Part shown: piece by piece, positions 42,604 through 54,161 of the stretch
How positions within the stretch are numbered: the first letter of the stretch is position 1
Layout: every line of letters starts with the position of its first letter
DNA from: Escherichia coli
GTDB taxonomy: Bacteria; Pseudomonadota; Gammaproteobacteria; Enterobacterales; Enterobacteriaceae
Reading direction: 5' to 3' (one strand)
DNA: 64,000 nt
Assembly (NCBI RefSeq): GCF_041886205.1
Contig: NZ_CP169029.1
Notes under the pieces: model-generated
The model's input: only the letters and a program-made list of their open reading frames with translations
Databases searched by the model: none
Told to the model about the DNA's origin: nothing
Position numbers and translations under genes: made by a program

Positions 42604-43971
42604 TTAATCGCAGGCAACGATCTTCATTGCCAGGCCGCCGCGAGAGGTTTCGCGGTACTTGGCGTTCATATCTTTACCTGTTTCGTACATGGTTTCGATA
42701 ACTTTATCGAGGCAGACGCGCGGCTCGCTGGTACGGCGCAGCGCCATACGTGCGGCGTTCACCGCTTTTACTGCCGCAATGGCGTTACGCTCGATGCATG
42801 GCACCTGGACCTGTCCGGCGACCGGGTCACACGTCAGACCGAGGTTGTGCTCCATGGCGATTTCCGCCGCGATGCACACCTGCGCCGGGCTTGCGCCTAA
42901 TAGTTCTGCCAGACCAGCCGCCGCCATTGAGCACGCCACGCCAACTTCACCCTGGCAACCCACTTCAGCACCAGAAATCGACGCGTTCATCTTATAAAGA
43001 GAACCAATGGCGCTGGCTACCAGCAGGTAACGAGCCAGTGAGTTAGCGTTCACTTCGCGGATAAACTTATCGTAGTACGCCAGCACAGCCGGGATAATCC
43101 CGCACGCACCGTTAGTCGGCGCAGTCACCACGCGACCGCCAGCGGCGTTCTCTTCGTTCACTGCCAGTGCAAACATGTTGATCCAGTCAACAACCGCCAT
43201 CGGGTCAGTGGTGGTTTTATCCTGGCTGACCAGCATCCGGCGTAGTGCCGCAGCACGGCGTGGAACGCGCAGTTTGCCAGGCAACACGCCTTCGGTGGAA
43301 ATACCGCGCTCAATACCGCCACGCATGACTTCCCAGACGTTCGCCAGGTGCTGTTCCAGCTCTTCTTTGCTGTGCAGCGCCAGCTCGTTTTTCATCATCA
43401 GGCCAGAGAGTGACAGCCCGGTTTCCTGACAATGTTTTTGCAGATCGGCTGCTGAACTGTACGGATAAGGAACTTCAACCGGTGCGCTATCCTGCTGGCC
43501 AAAATGCTCTTCATCAACGATAAAGCCACCGCCAATAGAGTAGTAAGTCTGGCTGTAAACGACTTTATCGCCCGCCAGCGCGGTAATGCGCATACCGTTT
43601 TCATGCAGAGAAAGGTTGTCTGCATGGAAGTTCATGCACTGATCAACCGGGAACTCCACTTCATGCTGACCGTTTGCCAGCATCAGGCGACCATGAGTAT
43701 TCACATCCTGAATAAAACCGGGGATGGAATCGATATCCACGGTATCCGGCAGGTTACCCGCCAGGCCCATAATAATGGCGATATCAGTGTGGTGGCCTTT
43801 ACCAGTCAGAGAGAGCGAGCCGTACACGTCAACCACCACGCGGGTCACGTCTTTAAGCAGGTTACGGGCAATCAGATCGTCGGTAAATTGTTTACCCGCT
43901 TTCATTGGTCCAACGGTATGAGAACTGGAAGGGCCAATGCCGATTTTGAAAATATCGAATACGCTAATCAT
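42604..43971 (-). CDS. sdaB: L-serine dehydratase 2 (iron-sulfur, 455 aa)
   Basis: 455 aa; N-terminus MISVFDIFKIGIGPSSSHTVGPMKAG; downstream of sdaC as in E. coli. Confidence 0.95.
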   Translation of the reverse strand: MISVFDIFKIGIGPSSSHTVGPMKAGKQFTDDLIARNLLKDVTRVVVDVYGSLSLTGKGHHTDIAIIMGLAGNLPDTVDIDSIPGFIQDVNTHGRLMLANGQHEVEFPVDQCMNFHADNLSLHENGMRITALAGDKVVYSQTYYSIGGGFIVDEEHFGQQDSAPVEVPYPYSSAADLQKHCQETGLSLSGLMMKNELALHSKEELEQHLANVWEVMRGGIERGISTEGVLPGKLRVPRRAAALRRMLVSQDKTTTDPMAVVDWINMFALAVNEENAAGGRVVTAPTNGACGIIPAVLAYYDKFIREVNANSLARYLLVASAIGSLYKMNASISGAEVGCQGEVGVACSMAAAGLAELLGASPAQVCIAAEIAMEHNLGLTCDPVAGQVQVPCIERNAIAAVKAVNAARMALRRTSEPRVCLDKVIETMYETGKDMNAKYRETSRGGLAMKIVACD

Positions 43972-44028
43972 AGGAAATACATCGCGTTAAAACGGAGGAA
44001 GCGCCGCCCGAAAGCGGCGCGAAAGGAC

Positions 44029-45318
44029 TTAGCTGAACAGAGAGTAGAAGATTGCGGAGATTGCAATCAGACCCATCACGACAACGAATACGTTGCTGAT
44101 GTGACCGCTGTACTTACGCATTGCCGGTACTTTCTGAATTGCGTACATCGGCATCAGGAACAGGATCATCGCGATGATTGGGCCGCCCAGGGTTTCAATC
44201 ATACCCAGGATGCTCGGGTTCAGGGTGGCAACAATCCAGGTCGTTACCAGCATGAACAGCGCAGTGATACGGTTCAGCTTGTTGATTTCGATAGACTTAC
44301 CTTTACCACGCAGAGATTTAATCACCATACCGTTGAAGCCTTCACGTGCGCCCAGGTAGTGGCCGAGGAAGGATTTGGTGATAGCGATAATCGCGATAAT
44401 CGGAGCCATCCACGCGATAACCGGTGCGTTAAAGTGGTTAGCCAGGTAAGACAGAATCGAGATGTTCTGCTCTTTAGCCGCAGCCAGGTCCGCCGGAGTC
44501 AGGCTCAGTACGCAGCTGAAGACGAAGAACATTACGGTCAGCACCATCATGATGTGTGCGAATGCCAGGATCTTCGAGCATTTCTGTTCTGCCATATCGC
44601 CGTACTCTTCACGCTTCGCAACGGCGAAAGAAGAGATGATCGGAGAGTGGTTGAACGAGAACACCATTACCGGAATTGCCAGCCACAGGGTCATCCACAG
44701 ACCGTTTCCGGTTGCAGATGCAGTGTCCAGAGACAGCGTTTCCAGTGCTGCGCCGTTCCACTGCGGGATGAGGTACAGAGCCAGCAGCATCAGTACGCCA
44801 ACAAACGGGAATACCAGAATACTCATCGCTTTAACGATCATCTGCTCACCGAAGCGAACGATGGTCATCATACCCACGATCAGGATCAGCGACAGAATCG
44901 CACGCGGCGGTGGCGTCATACCCAGCTGGTGAGACATGAAGCTTTCAACGGTATTGGTGATTGCCACGCTATAAACCAGCAGGATCGGGTAGATAGCGAA
45001 GAAGTAGAGCAGGGTAATCAGTTTACCTGCGCCAATACCAAAGTGTTCTTCTACAACCTCGGTGATGTCTTCGCCCGGGTTTTTACCAGACAGTACGAAG
45101 CGAGTCAGGCCGCGGTGAGCAAAAAACGTCATCGGGAACGCAAGGATAGCCATGATGATCAGCGGGATCATACCGCCAACACCGGCGTTGATTGGCAGGA
45201 ACAGCACGCCCGCGCCGATTGCCGTGCCGTAAAGGCCCAGCATCCACATGGTGTCTGTCTTGCGCCAGGCACTACGAGAGTCTTTCGACGCAATCGTGCT
45301 GGTTTGAGTCGTTTCCAT
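44029..45318 (-). CDS. sdaC: serine:H+ symporter SdaC (HAAAP family, 429 aa)
   Basis: 429 aa polytopic membrane protein; [46 protein letters not shown]. Confidence 0.95.
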   Translation of the reverse strand: METTQTSTIASKDSRSAWRKTDTMWMLGLYGTAIGAGVLFLPINAGVGGMIPLIIMAILAFPMTFFAHRGLTRFVLSGKNPGEDITEVVEEHFGIGAGKLITLLYFFAIYPILLVYSVAITNTVESFMSHQLGMTPPPRAILSLILIVGMMTIVRFGEQMIVKAMSILVFPFVGVLMLLALYLIPQWNGAALETLSLDTASATGNGLWMTLWLAIPVMVFSFNHSPIISSFAVAKREEYGDMAEQKCSKILAFAHIMMVLTVMFFVFSCVLSLTPADLAAAKEQNISILSYLANHFNAPVIAWMAPIIAIIAITKSFLGHYLGAREGFNGMVIKSLRGKGKSIEINKLNRITALFMLVTTWIVATLNPSILGMIETLGGPIIAMILFLMPMYAIQKVPAMRKYSGHISNVFVVVMGLIAISAIFYSLFS

Positions 45319-45874
45319 CTATTTCTCCTGGAGGAATGCAAATAATTCAGCTTTTAGCCAGTTCAGCCCGGGAAGGTGCCTGACCGTAAAAATGAAATCT
45401 GTCTATCGGCGATGGCTTAATCATTTACCGCCGTAATAATTTGAGGGCGGAAAGATACACACAAGTTATGTATCTATCAGTGATCTTGATCCCAAATACA
45501 ATAATCTACTTGGAAGATAGATTATCCCAACGCTTTACTCTGTAAATCAAAAGTAAAAGAGAATTTAAGGGCAATATTTGCCCATTAAACGACATCTGAC
45601 TTCTTCCGGGGCGCGCAATATATGTAGGTTGAACTGAAAAAATCAATACTTTTAGTTAATCATGGCGATAATTTCTTTTTCATAGCGATAAAATACGGTT
45701 TATGAAAATAGGGAAACGTTTGCGTTGCAATATAAATTGTATGACATATTAACTATGATGATATTTGTCGCGTGAGGGTGGTAAGAAACATTTATATAAC
45801 AAATGAAATGAGTTGATGAGTAAGTGACCAAAAACGAGAAAACCCGGCAACAAACGTCACCGGGGGAGGGGAGA

Positions 45875-47239
45875 TTACGTGCAGATTTCGTAGCAAGGGA
45901 TGTAGGCTGAGCCTGGCAACTTCATACGATGCTGGGCAACAAAACCCTGTAGCAGGTCGTCCATACGACGCATAATCTCTTTATCGCCGTTGATTTTGTA
46001 AGGACCAAACTCTTCAATGGCGCGAATACCGACTTCTTTTACGTTACCCGCCACAATACCGGAGAACGCACGGCGCAGGTCGGCAGCCAGCACTTCAACA
46101 GGTTGATCCGGGTAAAGCTTCAGATTAGCCATATTCTCGTGAGACGGCTCAAACGGCATTTGCAAATCTGGCGCAATGCGCATTGACCAGTTAAAGCTGT
46201 AGGCATCGCCTGTATCACGGCGATTTTCTTTCACCAGCGGCATCGATTTTTTCATCTGACGAGCGACTTCAGCGGCGTCATCAATGATGATGCGGTAATG
46301 GCGGCGCGCGTTTTCGCCCAGCGTATGTACGACAAACTCGTCCAGTACGCGGAAGTAGTCGGCGCTCTCTTTCGGGCCGGTGAGGATCAATGGTAAAACC
46401 TGATCTTTGTTGGCCGGGTTCATTAAAATTCCCAGCAAATACAGCAACTCTTCTGCCGTACCCACACCGCCAGGGAAGATAATGATGCCGTGAGCGATAC
46501 GGACAAACGCTTCCAGACGTTTTTCGATATCCGGCATGATGATCAATTCGTTGACCAGCGGGTTAGGCGGTTCAGCGGCGATAATCGACGGCTCTGTCAT
46601 ACCAATAAAACGACTGTCTTTGTAACGCTGCTGCGCGTGTCCGACCGCAGCACCTTTCATCGGCGCTTCCATCGCTCCCGGACCACAGCCGGTGCAGATA
46701 TTCAGCTCACGCAGGCCCAGCTGGTTTCCGACGCGACGGGCATACAAATACTCATTTTCGTTAATTGAGTGACCGCCCCAGCAGACCACCATATTTGGCG
46801 CTTCACCCACATGCAGCGCGCGAGCGTTACGCAAGATGGAAAAGACCAGGTTAGTGATGTGGACGGAGTTGTCGAGATTCAGGTTGGGAAAACGAACGGT
46901 ATTATGGATTTGCCCGTAAACGAAGAGAATGTCTCGCAGAACCGCGAACAAGTTGGCCTGCAAAGCGCGAATAATTCGCCCATCGACAAAAGCCTCTTCC
47001 GGGGGATTAATCAGTTCCAGCTTTACGCCGCGTTCACGGCGCAGGACGTTAATATCGAAATTTTCAAAACGAGACAGCAATTCTTTGCTGTTATCGGTCA
47101 AACTACCGGAGTTCAGTACGGCAAGTGAACAGTTGCGAAACAGTTGATAGAGGTCGCTGCTGGCGGTGCGTTTAAGCATATCCACTTCCAGCTGCGACAA
47201 CATATCCATGGAGCCAAGCGGGCTAATATGTGTAATCAA
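45875..47239 (-). CDS. ppnN: pyrimidine/purine nucleotide 5'-monophosphate nucleosidase PpnN (LOG family, 454 aa)
   Basis: 454 aa; order queF-ppnN-sdaC-sdaB on one strand matches E. coli. Confidence 0.93.
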
Positions 47240-47350
47240 GAAAAACTCCTTATGGGACGAATATCGTCATTCCCTTTGATTACAATAGCCCTGCCTGATG
47301 ACCTTTCACAACCTTCTGCGTGAATCCAGCACGCAAAATTGAGAAAAAAT

Positions 47351-48199
47351 TTATTGCCGAACCAGTCTTGTGGTCGATGGGACAAAATCGCTATTACTGC
47401 GCCACGGGTTAATGTCCAGACCGCCACGACGGGTATAACGTGCGTAAACGCTTAATTTCTCTGGCTGGCAGAAGCGTAACAGGTCATTAAAGATGCGTTC
47501 CACGCACTGTTCGTGGAACTCGTTGTGATGACGGAATGAGACCAGGTAACGCAGCAGTTTTTCTCTGTCAATTTGGCGTCCACGATACTGAATTTGGATC
47601 GAACCCCAATCTGGTTGATGGGTGATCAGGCAGTTTGATTTCAGCAGGTGGCTGACAAGCGTCTCTTCCACTACTTTTTCACCGCTGGTGGCATTCTCCA
47701 GATAGTCAGTAGTGAATTCATAGTTATCGATAGTGATATCCTGGTCATCAATGCAGGTGCCATTGAAATGACCTATCGGCTGGCCTTCCAGTTCATCAAG
47801 ACGATATAACGCCACGCTAACCTTACCCTGGGCGCAAGTGCTTAAGTCGCGCTCCAGCGTCTGGCGCACCTCATCCCAGTTATTAAAACGCGTCTGGTTA
47901 AAACTGTTGAGATAGAGCTTAAAACTCTTCGACTCAATCAGATTTGCGCTGGTGTAATCAAGTTCAACGTGACCGACGGCAACCTGCGGCAAACCTTTCG
48001 CATTCAGCCAGGAAAGTTCATACAGCGTCCAGATATCCGTACCGTGAAAAGGCAGGTTACCCGCTTTCAGACCCAGCGGGTCGCGATTCAGGCTGCGTGG
48101 AACGCCTTGCAGTAGGCTGGCGTCATAGGTATCCCGGTAATCGGTTGATTTTCCAAGAGTCAGGCCCGCAAGTGCCTGATGGTTTGCATAAGAAGACAT
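47351..48199 (-). CDS. queF: NADPH-dependent 7-cyano-7-deazaguanine reductase QueF (282 aa)
   Basis: 282 aa two-domain QueF type; [35 protein letters not shown]. Confidence 0.94.
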   Translation of the reverse strand: MSSYANHQALAGLTLGKSTDYRDTYDASLLQGVPRSLNRDPLGLKAGNLPFHGTDIWTLYELSWLNAKGLPQVAVGHVELDYTSANLIESKSFKLYLNSFNQTRFNNWDEVRQTLERDLSTCAQGKVSVALYRLDELEGQPIGHFNGTCIDDQDITIDNYEFTTDYLENATSGEKVVEETLVSHLLKSNCLITHQPDWGSIQIQYRGRQIDREKLLRYLVSFRHHNEFHEQCVERIFNDLLRFCQPEKLSVYARYTRRGGLDINPWRSNSDFVPSTTRLVRQ

Positions 48200-48266
48200 G
48201 TTTCACCGTCATAAACCAGATAAACTAAACGACAAGTGTATCTGGTTTAAGTGAAGAGAAAAATTA

Positions 48267-48812
48267 GTGGACGATTTGACCGCACAAGCCCTGAAAGATT
48301 TTACTGCACGCTACTGCGATGCGTGGCATGAAGAGCATAAAAGCTGGCCGTTAAGTGAGGAACTGTACGGTGTTCCTTCACCGTGCATTATTTCAACTAC
48401 CGAAGATGCCGTATACTGGCAACCCCAGCCGTTTACCGGGGAACAAAATGTAAACGCGGTTGAACGCGCTTTTGATATTGTGATACAACCCACAATTCAT
48501 ACCTTTTATACGACTCAGTTTGCCGGGGATATGCACGCGCAGTTTGGCGATATCAAACTGACATTGCTGCAAACCTGGAGTGAAGACGACTTCCGTCGGG
48601 TGCAGGAAAATCTGATTGGTCATCTGGTGACTCAGAAAAGGCTAAAACTGCCGCCCACGCTATTTATCGCGACGCTGGAAGAAGAGTTAGAGGTCATCTC
48701 GGTGTGTAATCTCTCCGGTGAAGTGTGCAAAGAGACGCTGGGAACACGTAAACGGACGCATTTAGCCTCAAATCTTGCGGAATTCCTTAATCAACTTAAG
48801 CCTCTTCTGTAA
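48267..48812 (+). CDS. syd: SecY-interacting protein Syd (181 aa)
   Basis: 181 aa; located immediately upstream of csrB as in E. coli. Confidence 0.92.
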
Positions 48813-48831
48813 TCCAAATACCCCATCTGGT

Positions 48832-48849
48832 TGTGAGAGATCTCTTACA
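48832..48849. promoter_or_regulatory. UvrY/SirA response-regulator binding box TGTGAGAGATCTCTTACA upstream of csrB
   Basis: 18-bp near-perfect palindrome read directly from sequence about 180 bp upstream of the csrB 5' end; matches the known BarA-UvrY target site of csrB. Confidence 0.65.
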
Positions 48850-49031
48850 GACTCTGTAGGAGATCGCCAGGAAATAAGCGAATACTTAAAAAGATAAGAA
48901 TCGTTATTTTCATTTAAAATCAAAATGTTGATTGTTAATTCTTAACTTTCATATGAAATTTTCCTTAAGGCATTGTCTGTAAGCGCCTTGTAAGACTTCG
49001 CGAAAAAGACGATTCTATCTTCGTCGACAGG

Positions 49032-49388
49032 GAGTCAGACAACGAAGTGAACATCAGGATGATGACACTTCTGCAGGACACACCAGGATGGTGTTTCAGG
49101 GAAAGGCTTCTGGATGAAGCGAAGAGGATGACGCAGGACGCGTTAAAGGACACCTCCAGGATGGAGAATGAGAACCGGTCAGGATGATTCGGTGGGTCAG
49201 GAAGGCCAGGGACACTTCAGGATGAAGTATCACATCGGGGTGGTGTGAGCAGGAAGCAATAGTTCAGGATGAACGATTGGCCGCAAGGCCAGAGGAAAAG
49301 TTGTCAAGGATGAGCAGGGAGCAACAAAAGTAGCTGGAATGCTGCGAAACGAACCGGGAGCACTGTGAATACAGTGCTCCCTTTTTTT
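49032..49388 (+). ncRNA. csrB: CsrB small RNA (CsrA-sequestering sRNA with repeated GGA motifs)
   Basis: Starts GAGTCAGACAACGAAGTGAACATCAGGATGATGACAC; carries about 16-18 GGA motifs, many as CAGGATG; ends with hairpin GGGAGCACTGTGAATACAGTGCTCCC plus U7 (49356-49388). Confidence 0.92.
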
Positions 49389-49433
49389 ATTCCTGCTATC
49401 CTTCGCGGCAGTTTTTCTTATTGAGGTTGCTTT

Positions 49434-49763
49434 ATGACCACTCATGACCGCGTTCGTCTCCAGTTGCAGACGCTTGAAGCGTTACTGCGTGAACATCAGC
49501 ACTGGCGAAACGATGAACCCCAGCCGCATCAATTTAATAGTACCCAACCGTTCTTTATGGACACCATGGAACCACTGGAGTGGTTGCAGTGGGTGCTGAT
49601 CCCGCGAATGCACAATTTGTTAAATAACAACCAGCCGTTACCGGGTGCTTTTGCCGTTGCACCCTATTATGAAATGGCGCTGGCGACGGACCATCCGCAA
49701 CGCGCGCTTATTCTGGCTGAGCTGGAAAAACTGGATGCTCTTTTTGCGGATGATGCGAGCTAA
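49434..49763 (+). CDS. yqcC: DUF446 protein YqcC (109 aa)
   Basis: 109 aa; position between csrB and truC matches E. coli. Confidence 0.9.
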   Translation: MTTHDRVRLQLQTLEALLREHQHWRNDEPQPHQFNSTQPFFMDTMEPLEWLQWVLIPRMHNLLNNNQPLPGAFAVAPYYEMALATDHPQRALILAELEKLDALFADDAS

Positions 49764-50545
49764 TGCTGGAAATACTCTATCAGGATGAATGGCTGGTTGC
49801 GGTAAATAAACCCTCCGGCTGGCTGGTTCACCGTAGCTGGCTGGATCGCGACGAGAAAGTAGTGGTCATGCAAACCGTGCGTGACCAGATAGGCCAGCAT
49901 GTTTTTACTGCTCATCGTCTGGACCGACCAACTTCTGGTGTGTTGTTGATGGGATTATCCAGCGAGGCCGGACGGCTGCTGGCACAACAGTTTGAACAGC
50001 ACCAAATCCAGAAACGTTACCATGCGATTGTGCGCGGCTGGTTGATGGAAGAAGCGGTGCTGGATTATCCACTGGTGGAAGAACTGGACAAAATCGCTGA
50101 TAAATTTGCCCGCGAAGATAAAGGCCCGCAGCCAGCAGTGACGCATTATCGCGGTCTGGCGACCGTAGAAATGCCGGTAGCGACCGGACGTTACCCGACC
50201 ACGCGCTACGGCCTGGTGGAACTGGAGCCGAAAACCGGACGCAAACATCAGCTTCGCCGACATCTTGCCCATCTGCGTCATCCGATTATTGGCGATAGCA
50301 AACATGGCGATTTACGCCAGAATCGCAGCGGTGCTGAGCATTTTGGCCTTCAGCGGTTAATGCTACATGCCAGTCAGTTGTCATTGACGCATCCTTTTAC
50401 TGGCGAGCCGCTGACTATTCATGCGGGTCTGGACGATATCTGGATGCAGGCGTTATCACAATTTGGCTGGCGCGGTCTGCTTCCTGAAAATGAAAGGGTT
50501 GAGTTCAGTACGCCATCGGGTCAGGATGGAGAGATAAGTTCCTAA
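49763..50545 (+). CDS. truC: tRNA pseudouridine(65) synthase TruC (260 aa)
   Basis: 260 aa RluA-family pseudouridine synthase; start overlaps the yqcC stop. Confidence 0.93.
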
Positions 50546-50562
50546 TCCAGGGAGAAAACGGT

Positions 50563-51012
50563 ATGGCGGAAATTGGTATTTTTGTCGGCACCATGTACGG
50601 AAATTCGCTGTTAGTGGCGGAAGAAGCAGAAGCAATTCTGACCGCACAGGGCCACAAAGCAACGGTATTTGAAGATCCTGAATTAAGCGACTGGCTGCCC
50701 TATCAGGATAAGTATGTTCTGGTGGTTACGTCCACGACCGGGCAGGGCGACCTTCCTGATAGCATTGTGCCGCTCTTTCAGGGAATCAAAGATAGTCTGG
50801 GCTTCCAGCCGAATCTGCGTTATGGCGTGATTGCGCTCGGCGACAGCAGTTATGTAAATTTCTGCAATGGCGGCAAACAGTTCGATGCCTTGTTGCAGGA
50901 ACAGAGCGCTCAGCGGGTTGGCGAAATGCTGTTGATTGACGCCAGTGAGAACCCGGAACCGGAAACGGAATCAAATCCGTGGGTCGAACAGTGGGGCACG
51001 CTGTTGTCCTGA
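50563..51012 (+). CDS. yqcA: flavodoxin YqcA (149 aa)
   Basis: 149 aa short-chain flavodoxin; [26 protein letters not shown]. Confidence 0.9.
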
Positions 51013-51064
51013 TATGTTCAGCGAGCGGTAAATGCCGTTTTAGCGGTGCTGAATCGAATCTTTT

Positions 51065-51121
51065 CAGGCAAATGCCAGTAAAAACTGCTTCATAGCGCGG
51101 ATTTTTACTGGCGTTTGCCTG
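51065..51121. repeat. 20-bp-arm inverted repeat (caggcaaatgccagtaaaaa / tttttactggcgtttgcctg, 1 mismatch, 17-nt loop) downstream of yqcA
   Basis: Read directly from sequence; about 50 bp after the yqcA stop. Confidence 0.5.
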
Positions 51122-51446
51122 GAGTCAAGCGATCCATTTCATACTCTTCTTTATTTCTTCGTTTTTACCCTTCCTTTCTTGTTCTTGTTTTCATTTCCGT
51201 GAAGTGGATTCCACCGTCCAGGGCTAATGCCAAAATCGGGCCTCATTGAACGCATTAATGTTGTGTTGTTGCACGGTGAGCCGCTATGGCGCGCTTTTTA
51301 TACTGCTATTGCCAGATATAAACACGCGCCGTATTCGGCGAACGACCTATAAAAACGGCAAAAAACACCCTACGTCACCTCTGATTTCCTGGCGATGTCG
51401 CAGTCCAGAGTGAGCGTGGCTAACGCGAATTTTCAGGAGTGCAACA

Positions 51447-52799
51447 ATGAGTTCTTTAAGTCAGGCTGCGAGCAGTGTGGAAAAACGCACGAATGCTCGT
51501 TACTGGATAGTGGTGATGTTGTTTATCGTCACATCCTTCAACTACGGCGACCGCGCTACGCTTTCTATTGCCGGTTCGGAAATGGCCAAAGATATCGGCC
51601 TTGATCCCGTGGGAATGGGCTATGTGTTCTCTGCCTTCTCATGGGCTTATGTTATCGGGCAGATCCCTGGTGGTTGGTTGCTGGATCGTTTTGGTTCAAA
51701 ACGCGTCTATTTCTGGTCGATCTTTATCTGGTCGATGTTTACCTTGCTGCAAGGCTTCGTCGATATCTTTAGTGGATTCGGCATTATCGTTGCCCTGTTT
51801 ACGCTGCGCTTCCTGGTCGGGCTTGCTGAAGCGCCATCTTTCCCCGGCAACAGTCGCATTGTTGCGGCCTGGTTTCCGGCGCAGGAAAGGGGAACGGCGG
51901 TGTCGATTTTTAACTCCGCTCAATACTTCGCAACGGTGATCTTCGCGCCGATTATGGGCTGGCTGACGCATGAAGTGGGCTGGTCACACGTCTTCTTCTT
52001 TATGGGCGGTCTGGGCATTGTCATCAGCTTTATCTGGTTGAAAGTCATCCACGAGCCAAATCAACATCCGGGGGTAAATCAGAAAGAGCTGGAGTATATC
52101 GCCGCGGGTGGCGCGCTGATCAATATGGATCAGCAAAACACCAAAGTTAAAGTGCCATTCAGCGTGAAGTGGGGACAGATCAAACAACTGCTCGGGTCAC
52201 GGATGATGATCGGCGTTTATATTGGTCAGTACTGTATCAACGCCCTGACTTACTTTTTCATTACCTGGTTCCCGGTTTATCTGGTGCAGGCGCGTGGGAT
52301 GTCGATTCTGAAAGCGGGCTTTGTGGCTTCCGTTCCGGCGGTTTGCGGTTTTATCGGCGGTGTCCTGGGTGGGATTATTTCCGACTGGCTGATGCGCCGC
52401 ACGGGATCGCTGAACATTGCGCGTAAAACACCGATCGTAATGGGCATGTTGCTGTCGATGGTGATGGTGTTCTGCAACTACGTCAACGTTGAGTGGATGA
52501 TCATCGGCTTTATGGCGCTGGCCTTCTTCGGTAAGGGCATCGGGGCGCTGGGTTGGGCAGTAATGGCAGATACCGCGCCAAAAGAGATCAGCGGTCTTTC
52601 CGGTGGCCTGTTCAACATGTTCGGTAACATTTCTGGCATCGTCACGCCAATCGCAATTGGTTATATCGTTGGCACGACTGGCTCCTTTAATGGGGCGCTG
52701 ATTTATGTTGGTGTTCATGCCTTAATCGCGGTACTGAGCTACCTGGTGCTGGTGGGCGATATCAAGCGTATCGAGCTGAAACCTGTCGCGGGGCAATAA
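51447..52799 (+). CDS. gudP: glucarate/galactarate MFS transporter GudP (450 aa)
   Basis: 450 aa MFS permease upstream of gudX-gudD. Confidence 0.92.
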   Translation: MSSLSQAASSVEKRTNARYWIVVMLFIVTSFNYGDRATLSIAGSEMAKDIGLDPVGMGYVFSAFSWAYVIGQIPGGWLLDRFGSKRVYFWSIFIWSMFTLLQGFVDIFSGFGIIVALFTLRFLVGLAEAPSFPGNSRIVAAWFPAQERGTAVSIFNSAQYFATVIFAPIMGWLTHEVGWSHVFFFMGGLGIVISFIWLKVIHEPNQHPGVNQKELEYIAAGGALINMDQQNTKVKVPFSVKWGQIKQLLGSRMMIGVYIGQYCINALTYFFITWFPVYLVQARGMSILKAGFVASVPAVCGFIGGVLGGIISDWLMRRTGSLNIARKTPIVMGMLLSMVMVFCNYVNVEWMIIGFMALAFFGKGIGALGWAVMADTAPKEISGLSGGLFNMFGNISGIVTPIAIGYIVGTTGSFNGALIYVGVHALIAVLSYLVLVGDIKRIELKPVAGQ

Positions 52800-52800
52800 G

Positions 52801-54141
52801 ATGACGACACAATCCAGTCCTGTTATTACTGATATGAAAGTCATTCCGGTCGCCGGACATGACAGCATGTTGCTCAATATTGGTGGTGCGCATAACGCAT
52901 ACTTCACCCGCAATATCGTGGTACTCACCGATAACGCCGGGCATACCGGCATTGGTGAAGCGCCAGGCGGAGAGGTGATTTATCAAACACTGGTCGATGC
53001 TATTCCGATGGTTCTGGGCCAGGAAGTTGCGCGACTGAATAAAGTGGTCCAGCAGGTGCATAAAGGTAATCAGGCGGCCGATTTTGATACCTTCGGTAAA
53101 GGGGCCTGGACTTTTGAATTGCGCGTTAATGCCGTGGCGGCGCTGGAAGCCGCCTTGCTTGACCTGCTAGGTAAGGCGTTGAATGTTCCGGTCTGCGAAC
53201 TGTTAGGGCCAGGCAAGCAACGCGATGCTATTACCGTCCTCGGTTATCTGTTTTATATCGGTGATCGGACCAAAACCGATCTTCCTTATCTGGACAATAC
53301 GCCGGGCAACCATGAGTGGTATCAGTTGCGGCATCAGAAAGCGATGAACAGCGAAGCCGTTGTGCGTCTGGCGGAAGCCTCACAGGATCGCTATGGCTTT
53401 AAAGATTTCAAACTTAAGGGCGGGGTGTTACCTGGCGAGCAAGAAATCGACACTGTTCGTGCATTGAAGAAAAGCTTCCCGGATGCGCGGATTACCGGTG
53501 ATCCCAATGGTGCCTGGCTGCTTGATGAAGCCATTTCTCTGTGCAAAGGGCTGAATGATGTTCTTACCTATGCCGAAGATCCATGCGGCGCAGAACAGGG
53601 CTTCTCCGGACGTGAAGTGATGGCGGAGTTTCGGCGGGCGACCGGCTTGCCCGTCGCGACTAACATGATCGCCACCAACTGGCGCGAAATGGGTCATGCG
53701 GTGATGCTCAATGCGGTAGATATTCCACTTGCCGATCCGCACTTCTGGACGCTTTCCGGTGCAGTCCGCGTGGCGCAGCTTTGCGACGACTGGGGGCTGA
53801 CCTGGGGCTGCCATTCTAATAACCATTTCGATATCTCTCTGGCGATGTTTACCCATGTGGGCGCGGCGGCACCGGGTAATCCTACCGCTATCGATACCCA
53901 CTGGATTTGGCAGGAGGGCGATTGTCGCCTGACCAAAAATCCGCTGGAGATTAAAAACGGAAAAATTGCCGTTCCTGATGCGCCCGGTCTGGGCGTGGAA
54001 CTGGACTGGGAACAGGTACAAAAGGCACATGAGGCCTATAAACGTCTGCCTGGCGGTGCGCGTAACGACGCAGGTCCGATGCAGTACCTGATCCCCGGCT
54101 GGACCTTTGACCGTAAACGTCCCGTTTTCGGCCGTCATTGA
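52801..54141 (+). CDS. gudX: glucarate dehydratase-related protein GudX (enolase superfamily, 446 aa)
   Basis: 446 aa paralog of the downstream gudD with the same motif architecture. Confidence 0.92.
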   Translation: MTTQSSPVITDMKVIPVAGHDSMLLNIGGAHNAYFTRNIVVLTDNAGHTGIGEAPGGEVIYQTLVDAIPMVLGQEVARLNKVVQQVHKGNQAADFDTFGKGAWTFELRVNAVAALEAALLDLLGKALNVPVCELLGPGKQRDAITVLGYLFYIGDRTKTDLPYLDNTPGNHEWYQLRHQKAMNSEAVVRLAEASQDRYGFKDFKLKGGVLPGEQEIDTVRALKKSFPDARITGDPNGAWLLDEAISLCKGLNDVLTYAEDPCGAEQGFSGREVMAEFRRATGLPVATNMIATNWREMGHAVMLNAVDIPLADPHFWTLSGAVRVAQLCDDWGLTWGCHSNNHFDISLAMFTHVGAAAPGNPTAIDTHWIWQEGDCRLTKNPLEIKNGKIAVPDAPGLGVELDWEQVQKAHEAYKRLPGGARNDAGPMQYLIPGWTFDRKRPVFGRH

Positions 54142-54161
54142 TTCTGAAAAAGGACATAAAT

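Noticed and set aside
43504-45345. 613-aa plus-strand ORF antisense to sdaB and sdaC
   Set aside because: Low-complexity Arg/His/Gln-rich translation fully overlapping two well-supported minus-strand genes; a typical antisense artefact.
45319-45874. 556-bp AT-rich sdaC upstream region as a possible additional small gene or sRNA
   Set aside because: No ORF with RBS and no recognisable sRNA signature; consistent with the long regulated leader and promoter region of sdaC, with a likely ppnN terminator at its distal end.
53428-54138. 236-aa minus-strand ORF inside gudX, plus similar antisense ORFs inside recC (3618..4130), recB (9382..9795), fucI (32236..32985), barA (56053..56346) and the fucO/gudD regions
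   Set aside because: All lie antisense within long conserved genes, lack RBS and show no domain-like sequence; they are consistent with chance open frames in GC-rich coding DNA.
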